A DNA stretch of 64,000 bases from Candidatus Dormiibacterota bacterium (GTDB lineage Bacteria > Chloroflexota > Dormibacteria > Aeolococcales > Aeolococcaceae): positions 1,608,025-1,672,024 of the forward strand of contig OY970355.1 in assembly GCA_963718525.1 (NCBI GenBank), given 5' to 3'. Position 1 is the stretch's first letter. Each line of letters begins with the position of its first letter. Shown piece after piece: positions 19,147 through 28,055 of the stretch. The position numbers were made by a program, and so were the translations under genes. The notes under the pieces are model-generated. The model made no database searches. It was not told the DNA's origin and saw nothing but the letters and a program-made list of their open reading frames with translations.

Positions 19147-20111
19147 CGAACGGCGCCCGTTTCGGAAGAGTCCTCATCGCTATCGGTTGTCTCGGCGACG
19201 ACGTATGCCGGTCGTTCCATCAGACGGAAGTGCATGCGAGCCACGTACTCGCCCATGATGCCGAGGATCAGCAGCTGGACGCCCGAGAAGATGGCGATGA
19301 TCGATGCGAGAAACGGGAATCCCGGTACCGAGTTTCCACCGATGAAGAAACGGATCACCACGATAAGGAAGACGACGATCCCGAAGAGGGTGAACAGGAA
19401 ACCGACCATGCTGGCGACCCTGAGCGGGCGGCTGGTGAACCCCGTCATCATGTTGAGCGCGTGCTGCACGAGCCGTCCGAATGTGTAGTTCGATCGGCCT
19501 TCGGATCGAGGCTCCTGCCGCACGTCGATCGCCGCGAATCTCACGGTGGCCCAGGTCAGCAGCACGTCGACTGAGATGTCGGGGCTCTGAAACCGTTCGA
19601 ACGCCCGCCGAAGATCCGTACGGAAGACCCGAAACGAGCTCACGCTCCTCGCCGCCGGCGCTCCCATCGCCTCCTGCAGCGCGAACTTGGTCACGCGTGA
19701 GGCAGCTGATCGCCAGAGGCTGTGCCTCTCCGAGATCGGTGACCCGTACACGACATCGACGTCGTCGGTGAGCTCCTCCAAGAGCGCAGGAATCTCCTCG
19801 GGCGGATTCTGCAAATCGTCATCGAGCGTCACGATGATCTCGTAGCGCGCAGCCCGAATCCCCACCAGCAGCGCGTTGTGCTGACCGAAATTGCGCATGA
19901 GGCGCACCCCACGGACCCGGCTGTCAGCGTGCGCCGCCGAGGTGATCGCATCCCAGCTCCGGTCGGGACTGCCGTCATCGACGAGGATGATCTCGTGTGC
20001 CGGAGCGACGCTTTCGAGCACCGCGGTGAGACGCGGGATGAGCATCGGGAGCGACTTCTCGGAGCGGTGTACCGGAATCACGGCGGAGATTCCGGGAGCA
20101 AGCGGGGACAT
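19143..20111 (-). CDS. polyprenyl-phosphate glycosyltransferase, GT2 (ArnC/GtrB/DPM1-like)
   Basis: 322 aa from ATG 20109-20111. ISAVIPVHRSEKSLPMLIPRL...EIILVDDGSPD...RLMRNFGQHNALLVGIRAARYEIIVTLDDDLQNPPEEI. Two C-terminal TM helices and the GEYVARMH tail typical of this subfamily. Confidence 0.9.
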   Translation of the reverse strand: MSPLAPGISAVIPVHRSEKSLPMLIPRLTAVLESVAPAHEIILVDDGSPDRSWDAITSAAHADSRVRGVRLMRNFGQHNALLVGIRAARYEIIVTLDDDLQNPPEEIPALLEELTDDVDVVYGSPISERHSLWRSAASRVTKFALQEAMGAPAARSVSSFRVFRTDLRRAFERFQSPDISVDVLLTWATVRFAAIDVRQEPRSEGRSNYTFGRLVQHALNMMTGFTSRPLRVASMVGFLFTLFGIVVFLIVVIRFFIGGNSVPGFPFLASIIAIFSGVQLLILGIMGEYVARMHFRLMERPAYVVAETTDSDEDSSETGAVR

Positions 20112-20122
20112 CGGCACCGGTT

Positions 20123-20788
20123 CTAGCTCACCGCCACGATCGTGGCGTCCGGGTTCGTCAACACGATTCTGCCGAGGCGCAGCTGCGCTCGATCTGCATG
20201 GATGCAATCGTCGGGGTTGCACGCTTCGACGAAGACGTGCCGCTCCGAAAAAGCTGAGTAGTAGTAGTGGCGCCCGTCGGTCATGCCCGGATTGACCCAG
20301 TGGTTGCTGACAGCGAAGATCGTGTCCACCGGCGTATTGTCCTGCAACCAATTGAGCGCCACCACGAGCCCTTGGGTCAGGCCGCGCACCGCCTGAGGAT
20401 CAGGCTGGGTCACCGTGATCGGCTTGCCGGTCAAGACCCTCTCGACGGTCGAGACGAGTTGGATCGGTGAGGTCAGCAGACTTGCGGCCACAAGCGGAAT
20501 GAGTTCGAGCGCCACGACGCCCGAGAGCGGTGCGCGGCGAGCCCGCAGCGCGATCGCGCTGGCCACGATGAACAGCAGCCCGAGCAAGCCAAGCGCGGCA
20601 TATCGGACCAGCAGCCCGGCTGGATGCGCCAGCGTCGGCGCCGTCACGACGACCAGAATGATCAGGCAGATCAAGCCCGCCAAGAGCAGCAGGACGGTTC
20701 CGGCCGTCACGGAGATTGCTTTTCGGAGGCCGGTTCCGAAGCGCCGTTCGCGGAGGGCGCAGAACAGCGCTGCGCCTGGGATTAGCAC
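20123..20788 (-). CDS. hypothetical membrane protein (about 4 TM helices plus a C-terminal soluble domain)
   Basis: 221 aa if started at GTG 20786-20788. High GC3. The upstream part of the 297-aa track ORF looks non-coding and overlaps the flippase. Confidence 0.6.
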   Translation of the reverse strand: MLIPGAALFCALRERRFGTGLRKAISVTAGTVLLLLAGLICLIILVVVTAPTLAHPAGLLVRYAALGLLGLLFIVASAIALRARRAPLSGVVALELIPLVAASLLTSPIQLVSTVERVLTGKPITVTQPDPQAVRGLTQGLVVALNWLQDNTPVDTIFAVSNHWVNPGMTDGRHYYYSAFSERHVFVEACNPDDCIHADRAQLRLGRIVLTNPDATIVAVS

Positions 20789-20955
20789 AAACCGACCTCG
20801 TATCCCGTGAACCTCGCGATGTCCACGACGCCGACGCAGGACACGTCCCAGATAACGAGGACTACCAGCAGGACGAATATGAATGGCGCAAATCCGCGAC
20901 GCATCGTGGGAGTATTGCCCAAGGCTGGGCGCATCTCCTCGGAAGCGGTGCTCAT
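20782..20955 (-). CDS. small hypothetical membrane protein (57 aa, below the ORF-track cutoff)
   Basis: My translation is MSTASEEMRPALGNTPTMRRGFAPFIFVLLVVLVIWDVSCVGVVDIARFTGYEVGLC. GC3 is about 77 percent. Its ATG overlaps the flippase stop (ATGA), and its TAA overlaps the GTG of the next gene (GTGCTAA). Confidence 0.45.
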   Translation of the reverse strand: MSTASEEMRPALGNTPTMRRGFAPFIFVLLVVLVIWDVSCVGVVDIARFTGYEVGLC

Positions 20956-22472
20956 GCAACGGCGGGGACGTTAGCGCCTCGGCGCAGCAGCACGAGGGCG
21001 AGGAGTGCCCAAACAACCGCTGTGCCGGCGCATCGCAACAGGAGCGCGGCGACGTCGAGGTGGCCCGGACGCAAACCGCTCACCCCCATGTCGAGCACCA
21101 CGGTGACCGCGACGGCGACCAGCAGCACCAGCGTCATCTTCAGATACAGCGCACCGCGCTCGCGGACATGCCGATCCCAGATGTGCGGGGCGGCGGTCTC
21201 GAAGATGACCACTGCCACGAGGAACTGCACCCACACGTCATTCATCGCGACTGCCTGCGCGCCCCAACCGGTCCGCAGGGCGATCACGTTCGCGACAATG
21301 TTGACGACAAGTGCGCCGGTCCAGATGGACAGGTGCCGCTTCTGGCGATTCACCCGTTTCGAGTTGAGCACGAGCGAAGGGACGGTGGCGATGGGAAGGA
21401 GCAGGATGGTCAGCGCAAGGATGTCGAACAGGCGGATGGAGGGCGCGAAGCTCGGCGTGAACGCCATGACCAGCGGGGCAAATCCTGCCTGGCCAAGCCC
21501 GGCGATGGTCGCGGCGATGAGCGCCATCGCGATGGTGATTCGCTCGGCATGCCGAGCCCAGAGCGGTCCGCTCGCTCCGCGGCCGAGCTCGCGCCAGATG
21601 GTCGGCAGCAGGACCGCCTGGATACCGCCGATCGCGTTTGTGGCCACCGCGATGGGCGCGGCCGCGAACGTGTACAGGCCCAGCACGAACGACGACGACG
21701 CGATGGCGACCGACGAGCTGCCCACGAGGCGGTAGGCCCAGTAGACCTCCGCGAGCAGGCCGAGCGGGAATCCGACGCGCAGGAACGGGCGCGCAGCCCG
21801 CGTATCGAACGATGGTCGCAGTTGCAGGGGTGGGCGGAACACGAAGTAGATCGCGGCCGTCAGCAGGGATGCGAGCGCGGGCGCGACGAACATGCCGGGA
21901 GTTCCGATGGCTGCGACCAGCGCCACCAGCAGCACCGGCCCGAGGATCGCCTGCACCACGGCCACCTTGCCGACAACGTCGAATCGCGACCGGGCCGACC
22001 ACAGCGTGGAGAGGAAGCTGCTGCCGCTCGATGCGATCACCGCGACCGGCGCGAGGAAGAGCCCGAGCCGAAGCACCCCGGACGAAACGAAGAGCCCGAC
22101 AACCGCGAGTGCGATGCCGGGCAGCGCCGACACCACCAGCTCGAAGGAGAACCCGACGTTCTGGGCATGACGGGCCTCGCGCACCTCGCCGTGCGCGAGG
22201 TGGTCGATGACGGCGCGGATCGATCCCTCGAAGACCCCGCTGCGTATCAGCGTCGCATAGAGATAGATGAGCAGCACGAACTGGCCGTCGCCGTATCGAG
22301 ACGGTCCGAGCCAGTGCGCGGCAAGGAATCCCGCGCCGACGGCGAGCACCGAGCCGATCAGCGATGCTCCCGACAATCCCGAAGCGGAGCGCAGGATCCT
22401 CCGCAGACCGAGGCTCTCGAGCGGATCCGGCACGCCGGCCTCCACCGGGAGCTCGTCCGTGGTGGTCACCAT
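20952..22472 (-). CDS. polysaccharide flippase (Wzx/MOP family) with extra C-terminal helices
   Basis: 506 aa from ATG 22470-22472. A multi-helix protein with the usual Wzx-like layout. It overlaps the upstream GT2 stop by 7 nt. Confidence 0.85.
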   Translation of the reverse strand: MVTTTDELPVEAGVPDPLESLGLRRILRSASGLSGASLIGSVLAVGAGFLAAHWLGPSRYGDGQFVLLIYLYATLIRSGVFEGSIRAVIDHLAHGEVREARHAQNVGFSFELVVSALPGIALAVVGLFVSSGVLRLGLFLAPVAVIASSGSSFLSTLWSARSRFDVVGKVAVVQAILGPVLLVALVAAIGTPGMFVAPALASLLTAAIYFVFRPPLQLRPSFDTRAARPFLRVGFPLGLLAEVYWAYRLVGSSSVAIASSSFVLGLYTFAAAPIAVATNAIGGIQAVLLPTIWRELGRGASGPLWARHAERITIAMALIAATIAGLGQAGFAPLVMAFTPSFAPSIRLFDILALTILLLPIATVPSLVLNSKRVNRQKRHLSIWTGALVVNIVANVIALRTGWGAQAVAMNDVWVQFLVAVVIFETAAPHIWDRHVRERGALYLKMTLVLLVAVAVTVVLDMGVSGLRPGHLDVAALLLRCAGTAVVWALLALVLLRRGANVPAVA

Positions 22473-23479
22473 CGCCGCCGGCGCGTGGCATCGCCGATTC
22501 TCGCCGCCAGAGAGGGCGAGGCCAGGATGAGCGCTGCCTCGAGAACGAAGCGAGGCGATCCCGGCAGGCAAGCGAGCGCGGCGCCGCGCGCCTTCCACGG
22601 CCGGTTCGCCCGTGCATGCGCATAAGCCGCCGCCAGTGCCCTGCGGCGCCTCATCCAGCTGAGAGTCGCCGCCGCGACCTCCCGCTGCTGATCGTCACCG
22701 GCTTCCAGTACCGCGCGTTCGAGGACGCGCGAATACGTGTCGTAGATATCGGTGCGATGGCTGAGCCCTGTCGACTCCACCCGGTAGAGCAGGGTCGGCG
22801 CCGCGACCCCGTGCACTCTCAGGCCGGCCCGGATCATCCGTATCCACAGATCCCAGTCCTCCGCGCCCGAGACGCCGTCGCGAAAGCCGCCGGCGTCCTC
22901 ATATGCCGCGCGCGGAAAGAGCGCGCCGATCGAGACGAAGTTGTGCCGCAGGATGTCGAGCATCTGATGGTCAGGCGCCGGAATGGGAAAATGATCGTGC
23001 TGCGTCGCGCGACGCACGCCTTCGCCCGGATGCCATCTGAGCGCATCCGCGCACACTATTCCACCGAAGCGCGCCTGGAGTGCAGCCAGTGACGCGAGGT
23101 GATCGGGGAGCCAGACATCGTCGGCGTCGAGCAGTGCGATCAACGGCGTCTCGATGCGTGCGATCGCGGCGCGTCGCGCCGCAGCGGGGCCGGAGTTCCG
23201 CTCGAGGCGGACGACCTCGACCGGGAGCAGTCCCTGCCAGCGTCGGGCGAGCGCCGGCGTGTCGTCGTCGGAGTGATCGTCGCCGACCACAACGGCCGTG
23301 GGGGATAGCGTCTGAGCCGCGACTGATGCCAGCGCAGCGCCCAGCGTCCGCGTCGAGTTGTATGCGGGGATCACCACGGCGATGGGGCTGACGGGGCTCT
23401 GGGAGGCGATGCCGCCGGCGCGAGGCTGCCGTTGCGGCTCCGTCGTCACGGCCCCAGGGTACCCGTAGGAATCCGCCAT
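22466..23479 (-). CDS. glycosyltransferase family 2
   Basis: 337 aa. IAVVIPAYNSTRTLGAALASVAAQT...VVVGDDHSDDDT...LLDADDVWLPDHL. Confidence 0.9.
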   Translation of the reverse strand: MADSYGYPGAVTTEPQRQPRAGGIASQSPVSPIAVVIPAYNSTRTLGAALASVAAQTLSPTAVVVGDDHSDDDTPALARRWQGLLPVEVVRLERNSGPAAARRAAIARIETPLIALLDADDVWLPDHLASLAALQARFGGIVCADALRWHPGEGVRRATQHDHFPIPAPDHQMLDILRHNFVSIGALFPRAAYEDAGGFRDGVSGAEDWDLWIRMIRAGLRVHGVAAPTLLYRVESTGLSHRTDIYDTYSRVLERAVLEAGDDQQREVAAATLSWMRRRRALAAAYAHARANRPWKARGAALACLPGSPRFVLEAALILASPSLAARIGDATRRRRW

Positions 23480-24593
23480 GGGTTGCAGCCGGCGATCTCT
23501 ATCATCTCCGGTCGTGAGCGCCCATAGCTATGGAAGCCAGGAGTTCCGGATCGGCGACCGGCCGGTCGGACCGGGCCATCCGACCTATGTCATCGCCGAA
23601 GCGGGCTCGAACCACAACCGAGACCTCGACACGGCCTTCGGGCTCATCGACGCCGCGGCGAATGCCGGCGCCGATGCTGTCAAATTCCAGACCTACACCG
23701 CCGAGGGCCTGTACTCGCGCCGCACACCGGACATGTCCTACCTCAAGGACCAGGGGCTCGTGGGTGAGCGCGAATCGGTCTGGGACCTGATCAAGCGGGT
23801 CGAGATTCCCTGGGAATGGCATGGTGATCTGGCCGCCCACGCCAGGAAGGCCGGGGTCGCGTTCCTCTCGACGCCGTTCCAGGAGGAGGCCGTCGACCTC
23901 CTGGACCAGATCGGCGTTCCCGCTTTCAAGATCGCCTCGTACGAGGTCAACCATCTTCCGCTCATCGAGCGTGCGGCTCGCACCGGAAAACCTCTGCTCA
24001 TCTCCACCGGGATGGCATCGCTCGGCGACATCGAACGCGCCCTCGACACCGCGACCGCCGCCGGGGCGCGCGACCTGATGGTGCTGCACTGCGCGGTGAA
24101 CTACCCGCCGCGCTTCGAGGATCTCAACCTCCGCGCCATCCCCACGCTCCGGGCAGCCTTCCAGATACCGATCGGATGGTCCGATCACACTCGCGGGCAC
24201 ACGGCAGACGTCGTCGCGGTCGCCCTCGGCGCATGCGCGATCGAGAAGCACTTCACCCTGAGCAGGAACCAGGAGGGACCGGACCATCCTTTCGCGCTCG
24301 AGCCGGACGAGCTCACGGCCATGGTGCAGGCCATCCGCGAAACCGAGGCATCGCTCGGGTCAAGCGTGAAGCGTGTGACCAAGGCGGAGGCCGAGATGTT
24401 CCGGCTCGGACGTCGCAGCATCGTCGTGAGCCGAGACGTTGCCGCGGGCGCCGCACTGACGCGAGCGGATCTTGCGATCAAGCGTCCCGGTTTCGGCATC
24501 CCGGTCCACGACATCGATCAGGTGGTCGGCAGGCACGTCACCCGCTCCATGGAGGAGGACGAGGTGCTCCAGTGGGACGATCTCGTCCGGTAG
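23478..24593 (+). CDS. pseI: pseudaminic acid synthase (NeuB family)
   Basis: FRIGDRPVGPGHPTYVIAEAGSNHNRDLDTAFGLIDAAANAGADAVKFQTY, with a C-terminal SAF domain. The start may instead be GTG 23514, because ATG 23478 overlaps the divergent start codon within CATG. Confidence 0.88.
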   Translation: MGCSRRSLSSPVVSAHSYGSQEFRIGDRPVGPGHPTYVIAEAGSNHNRDLDTAFGLIDAAANAGADAVKFQTYTAEGLYSRRTPDMSYLKDQGLVGERESVWDLIKRVEIPWEWHGDLAAHARKAGVAFLSTPFQEEAVDLLDQIGVPAFKIASYEVNHLPLIERAARTGKPLLISTGMASLGDIERALDTATAAGARDLMVLHCAVNYPPRFEDLNLRAIPTLRAAFQIPIGWSDHTRGHTADVVAVALGACAIEKHFTLSRNQEGPDHPFALEPDELTAMVQAIRETEASLGSSVKRVTKAEAEMFRLGRRSIVVSRDVAAGAALTRADLAIKRPGFGIPVHDIDQVVGRHVTRSMEEDEVLQWDDLVR

Positions 24594-24616
24594 CGACCGG
24601 TCGTGATCGCCCCCGC

Positions 24617-25069
24617 GTGACGCTGCGCGCGGCTCGCGGGGACGATGCCAGCCTGGTCAGGGCCTGGCGCAACGACGCCGACGCGGTCCGCTTCAGTGTG
24701 AGCGCCCGCCCCGTGTCGGAGGGCGAGCACGCTCGCTGGTTCGCAACAGCGCTTGCCGATCCTCGGATACAACTCTGGGTCGCGGAGGAGAACGGGGTCC
24801 CGGTGGGTCAGGTGCGAGCCGATCTCGTCGGCGATTCGGCGGTCTTCTCGATCGCCGTTGCGGCTTCCGCGCGAGGCCGTGGGGTAGGTCAGCGGATGCT
24901 CCGGCTCGCCCTGGAGGAGATCGAGCGGCAGCACGCTGTCACCACCATGACGGCCGTGACGCACCCCGACAACCTGGCCTCGATACACGCCTTTGAGCGG
25001 GTGGGGTTCCGCCGCCGTGAGGCGTCCGAGGGGGGCTTTGTCGTCCTCGAACTGACGTTGGACTCGTAG
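24617..25069 (+). CDS. pseH: GNAT N-acetyltransferase (PseH-like)
   Basis: About 150 aa from GTG 24617. VTLRAARGDDASLVRAWRND...ARGRGVGQRMLRLALEE (acetyl-CoA motif A). The start is uncertain. The 297-aa track ORF overlaps pseI out of frame. Confidence 0.72.
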   Translation: MTLRAARGDDASLVRAWRNDADAVRFSVSARPVSEGEHARWFATALADPRIQLWVAEENGVPVGQVRADLVGDSAVFSIAVAASARGRGVGQRMLRLALEEIERQHAVTTMTAVTHPDNLASIHAFERVGFRRREASEGGFVVLELTLDS

Positions 25070-25087
25070 CGCGAGCGTCGAGCGCGC

Positions 25088-25873
25088 TCACGTGGCCGCG
25101 GCAGGGTCCTCGCCACGGCGCGCAGCGTCTCGCTGGGCGCGATACCGCTCATCTCTCGCGGGCAGTCCACTCTGATCCCACAGCGTTGGATCAAACTCGA
25201 AATACGCGACCACAGCCGCAAGATGGGGCGGTGGTGCGGCCGGAAGCGCCATGAGGATCGTCCGGATCCGCTCGAGGTCTTCCGGCACATCCACGGTCAG
25301 GCGCATGGACGAAAGATCTCGGTCGTTGACCATGTTGACGGTGCGGTACTCGCCGGAATGCTCGCGCAGCCGTGCGGTCACGTGTTCACGGTGGTAGTCG
25401 AGGACCGACTCGACGTCGAGCCGCCGCAGACATTCCGCGGTGAGCACCTCGACGTCGTAACCCTGCGGGTAGGTCGGTGGAAGCTCGTTGCTGGCGTAGT
25501 CGGCGTCGGCCGAAGTGCGCATGCGCACCAGACCGTCGACGAGCTCCGGGTCGACGAGGGGGCAGTCCGACGTGACCCGGATCACCACGTCCGCGCCGTG
25601 CTCTTCCGCGGCAAGCACGTACCGGCTCAAGACGTCGGCGACCGCACCTCGGGTGACCCTGGCTCCCAGTGCACCCGCGAGGTCCGCGACAACGTCATCC
25701 CCGGGTTCGACGGTGGTCGCAACCACGACGTCGTCGATCGTCTCCGCCATCGAGACGCGCTCGATGACGTGCGCGAGCATCGGCTTGCCGCAGAGGTCGG
25801 CGAGGACCTTGCCCGGGAACCGGGTCGATCCCACGCGAGCCTGGATCACCGCAACATTTCGGAGCGCGGACAT
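25088..25873 (-). CDS. pseF: pseudaminic acid cytidylyltransferase (SpsF/NeuA-like)
   Basis: 261 aa from ATG 25871-25873. VAVIQARVGSTRFPGKVLADLCGKPMLAHVIERV...RVTSDCPLVDPELVD. TGATG junction with pseG. Confidence 0.82.
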   Translation of the reverse strand: MSALRNVAVIQARVGSTRFPGKVLADLCGKPMLAHVIERVSMAETIDDVVVATTVEPGDDVVADLAGALGARVTRGAVADVLSRYVLAAEEHGADVVIRVTSDCPLVDPELVDGLVRMRTSADADYASNELPPTYPQGYDVEVLTAECLRRLDVESVLDYHREHVTARLREHSGEYRTVNMVNDRDLSSMRLTVDVPEDLERIRTILMALPAAPPPHLAAVVAYFEFDPTLWDQSGLPARDERYRAQRDAARRGEDPAAAT

Positions 25874-26856
25874 CAGGCGGCGTCGACGCGCGCGAGGCGC
25901 CGCACCGCCTCTGCGACCCGCCACGCGCCGCGACCGTCCACCAGCGCGCGTCCCCGTTCCGCCATCACATCGCAGCGTGCCGGGTCGTCGAGGAGCTTGA
26001 TGCACTCAGCGGCGAGATCCTCCGAATCGACCACGACTGCACAACCGGCTCGGCCAAGAGCGGCCGCTTGAGCGGATTGGTTTGGCACGGCGTCGTTGAT
26101 CACCGCGGGGATGCCGACACACGCGGCCTGCACGGCGGTGGTGCCGGCCGCACCGACATAGATGGTCGTTTCAGCGAGCGCCTCGGCCAGGCTTGGCGGC
26201 GCGACCAGCAGGTGCAGACGCGGCTGGTCGACCGGGGAGGCGCCCTGCGCGTCCGGTCCGACAACTCTGAGGACCTCGAGGGACGCGTCCTCGTTGAGCA
26301 GCCGGGTGCTGACGTTCGCTGCCATGCCGTCGATGTCGGTCGCTCCAGTCGATACCAACACGGTCCTTCGAGCTCGCCCGCGGCGCAGCACCGTCTCGCG
26401 GGCCTCCGCGAACGCTGAGCGAATCAGCGCATAAGCGGCGCCACCCAGGAAGGCGGTCGCGCCCGCGGGACGCAGGCTCTCACCGCCGGGCGATGGGTTG
26501 ATGCCGAGGTCGCAGTCGGCGGTGTGGCCAAGATCGTCAACCACAGTCAGGGGGACGCGCCGGCGCAGCCGCTCCTGCATACCGGCATCGAAGACGTACC
26601 CGTCGAGTACGAGGAGATCCGGTGCTCGACCCGCAGCGAGCACGGAGGCGACCCGATCCGGCGCTGCGCCGCGAGCCGCCACCACAGCATGGCCTCGATC
26701 CTCGACACGTCTGCGCAGCTCGACGTCGTCGTCTGGAAGCACCACGGATACCGAGGTGTCCGGTCGCAGTGCATCAGCGAGGGCGAGCATCCGCTCGAGG
26801 TGGCCAAGTCCGACGCCGGATCCGCAATCCGGAGCCAGCAGGGCTCGCAGGATCAT
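25873..26856 (-). CDS. pseG: UDP-2,4-diacetamido-2,4,6-trideoxy-beta-L-altropyranose hydrolase (PseG, GT28-like)
   Basis: 327 aa from ATG 26854-26856. DCGSGVGLGHLERMLALADAL... and C-terminal GAAGTTAVQAACVGIPAV. ATGA overlap with pseC. Confidence 0.78.
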   Translation of the reverse strand: MILRALLAPDCGSGVGLGHLERMLALADALRPDTSVSVVLPDDDVELRRRVEDRGHAVVAARGAAPDRVASVLAAGRAPDLLVLDGYVFDAGMQERLRRRVPLTVVDDLGHTADCDLGINPSPGGESLRPAGATAFLGGAAYALIRSAFAEARETVLRRGRARRTVLVSTGATDIDGMAANVSTRLLNEDASLEVLRVVGPDAQGASPVDQPRLHLLVAPPSLAEALAETTIYVGAAGTTAVQAACVGIPAVINDAVPNQSAQAAALGRAGCAVVVDSEDLAAECIKLLDDPARCDVMAERGRALVDGRGAWRVAEAVRRLARVDAA

Positions 26857-28055
26857 GGAACGATCTGATGCGTCGACGCCCATGCCTGGATCCGGCGCAG
26901 TGCAACCACGACGTCGTCCTGGTCGGATGCCGTCATCGTTGGGAAGAGCGGCAGCGTCACCAACCGTTCGCACATCGCCTCGGCTCGAGGCGCCGTGCCG
27001 GGGACGCCGCCGCGTGCCCGATAGAGCGACAGCAGGTGCACCGCCGGGTAATGCAGCGTTGCCTCGATACCCTCCGCCCGCAGCGCGTCGATGATCCAGT
27101 CGCGCTCACAACCGAACACCTCCGGGTCGATCTCGACTGGATAGATGTGCCATGCGCTTCTGCGACCCTCTGGACGCGGTGGGAGGCCGATGCCCGGAAT
27201 CTCGCTGAGCATCGCGTCGTACCGATCGGCCATCTCGCTGCGTTCAGCGACGACGTCGTCGAGGCGATGCAGCTGCGAGATGCCGAGCGCGGCTTGCAGC
27301 GTGGTCATACGGTGGTTGTCGCCGAGCATGATGACGTCGTATTTCCAGAGCGTGCCGGTCCGCTCGTCCGCGGTGCTGGTCATCCCATGGTTGCGCAGCT
27401 TGCGAATGCGGTCCGCCACTGCGCCGTCCGAAGTCAGGCAAGCGCCACCCTCTCCGGTGGTGATCTGTTTCACCGGATGAAAGCTCAGCGTGGTGATGTC
27501 CGCAAGCGATCCCACGGGCCGTCCGTTGTGGCTTGCTCCGAGCGAGTGGGCGCTGTCGGCGACCACCGGGAGCGGCCGCGGCAGCGCCGCCTTCAGCGCA
27601 CCGATATCCGACGGAAGTCCCGAATAGTCGACGGTGATCACAGCCTTGGTCCGCGGAGTCACGTTGCGCGCCACCGATTCAGGATCGAGGCATCGATCCT
27701 CACCGACATCGGCGAACACCGGAGTCCCACCGGCACGGAGCACAGCGTTGGCTGTCGCGACGAACGTCAGCGGCGTCGTGATCACCTCGTCCCCTGGTCC
27801 GATGCCGAGTGTGAGCACCGCGAGGTCGAGCGCCGCGCTGCCGTTGGTGAGCGCGATCGCGTGGTCGGCTCTGCCCCGTGCCGCGAGCGCGTGCTCGAAG
27901 TCGGCGATGGCCGCACCACCGGTGAGCGTGCCCGAGCGAAGTGCCGCGACCACGGCGTTGACGTCGGCGTCGTCGAGCGCGTGACGGCCGTAGGGGAGGG
28001 GGTGAAGCCGGATCGGCGTGCCCCCGGCGATCGCCGGGGGACTCGTGATGCTCAC
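26853..28055 (-). CDS. pseC: UDP-4-amino-4,6-dideoxy-N-acetyl-beta-L-altrosamine transaminase (DegT/DnrJ/EryC1 family)
   Basis: About 400 aa from GTG 28053-28055 (GTGA overlap with the pseB stop). LTNGSAALDLAVLTLGIGPGDEVITTPLTFVATANA... and PLP-lysine context SFHPVKQITTGEGG. Confidence 0.88.
   Translation of the reverse strand: MSITSPPAIAGGTPIRLHPLPYGRHALDDADVNAVVAALRSGTLTGGAAIADFEHALAARGRADHAIALTNGSAALDLAVLTLGIGPGDEVITTPLTFVATANAVLRAGGTPVFADVGEDRCLDPESVARNVTPRTKAVITVDYSGLPSDIGALKAALPRPLPVVADSAHSLGASHNGRPVGSLADITTLSFHPVKQITTGEGGACLTSDGAVADRIRKLRNHGMTSTADERTGTLWKYDVIMLGDNHRMTTLQAALGISQLHRLDDVVAERSEMADRYDAMLSEIPGIGLPPRPEGRRSAWHIYPVEIDPEVFGCERDWIIDALRAEGIEATLHYPAVHLLSLYRARGGVPGTAPRAEAMCERLVTLPLFPTMTASDQDDVVVALRRIQAWASTHQIVP

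Noticed and set aside
20883-22625. 580-aa plus-strand ORF (and the 339-aa and 461-aa ORFs nearby) overlapping the flippase
   Set aside because: These are low-complexity, charge-rich translations opposite a convincing multi-helix Wzx protein, so they are shadow ORFs.
23477-23480. Divergent start codons sharing a CATG tetranucleotide (also at 16266-16269)
   Set aside because: Any CATG yields ATG on both strands, so this is probably an ORF-calling coincidence. Alternative starts exist (GTG 23514 for pseI, and the GT4 appears to start further upstream).
24176-24616. Upstream 147 codons of the 297-aa ORF that contains the GNAT domain
   Set aside because: It is out-of-frame overlap with pseI and the translation is Arg/Gly-rich. 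The GNAT fold needs only about 150 aa starting near 24617.
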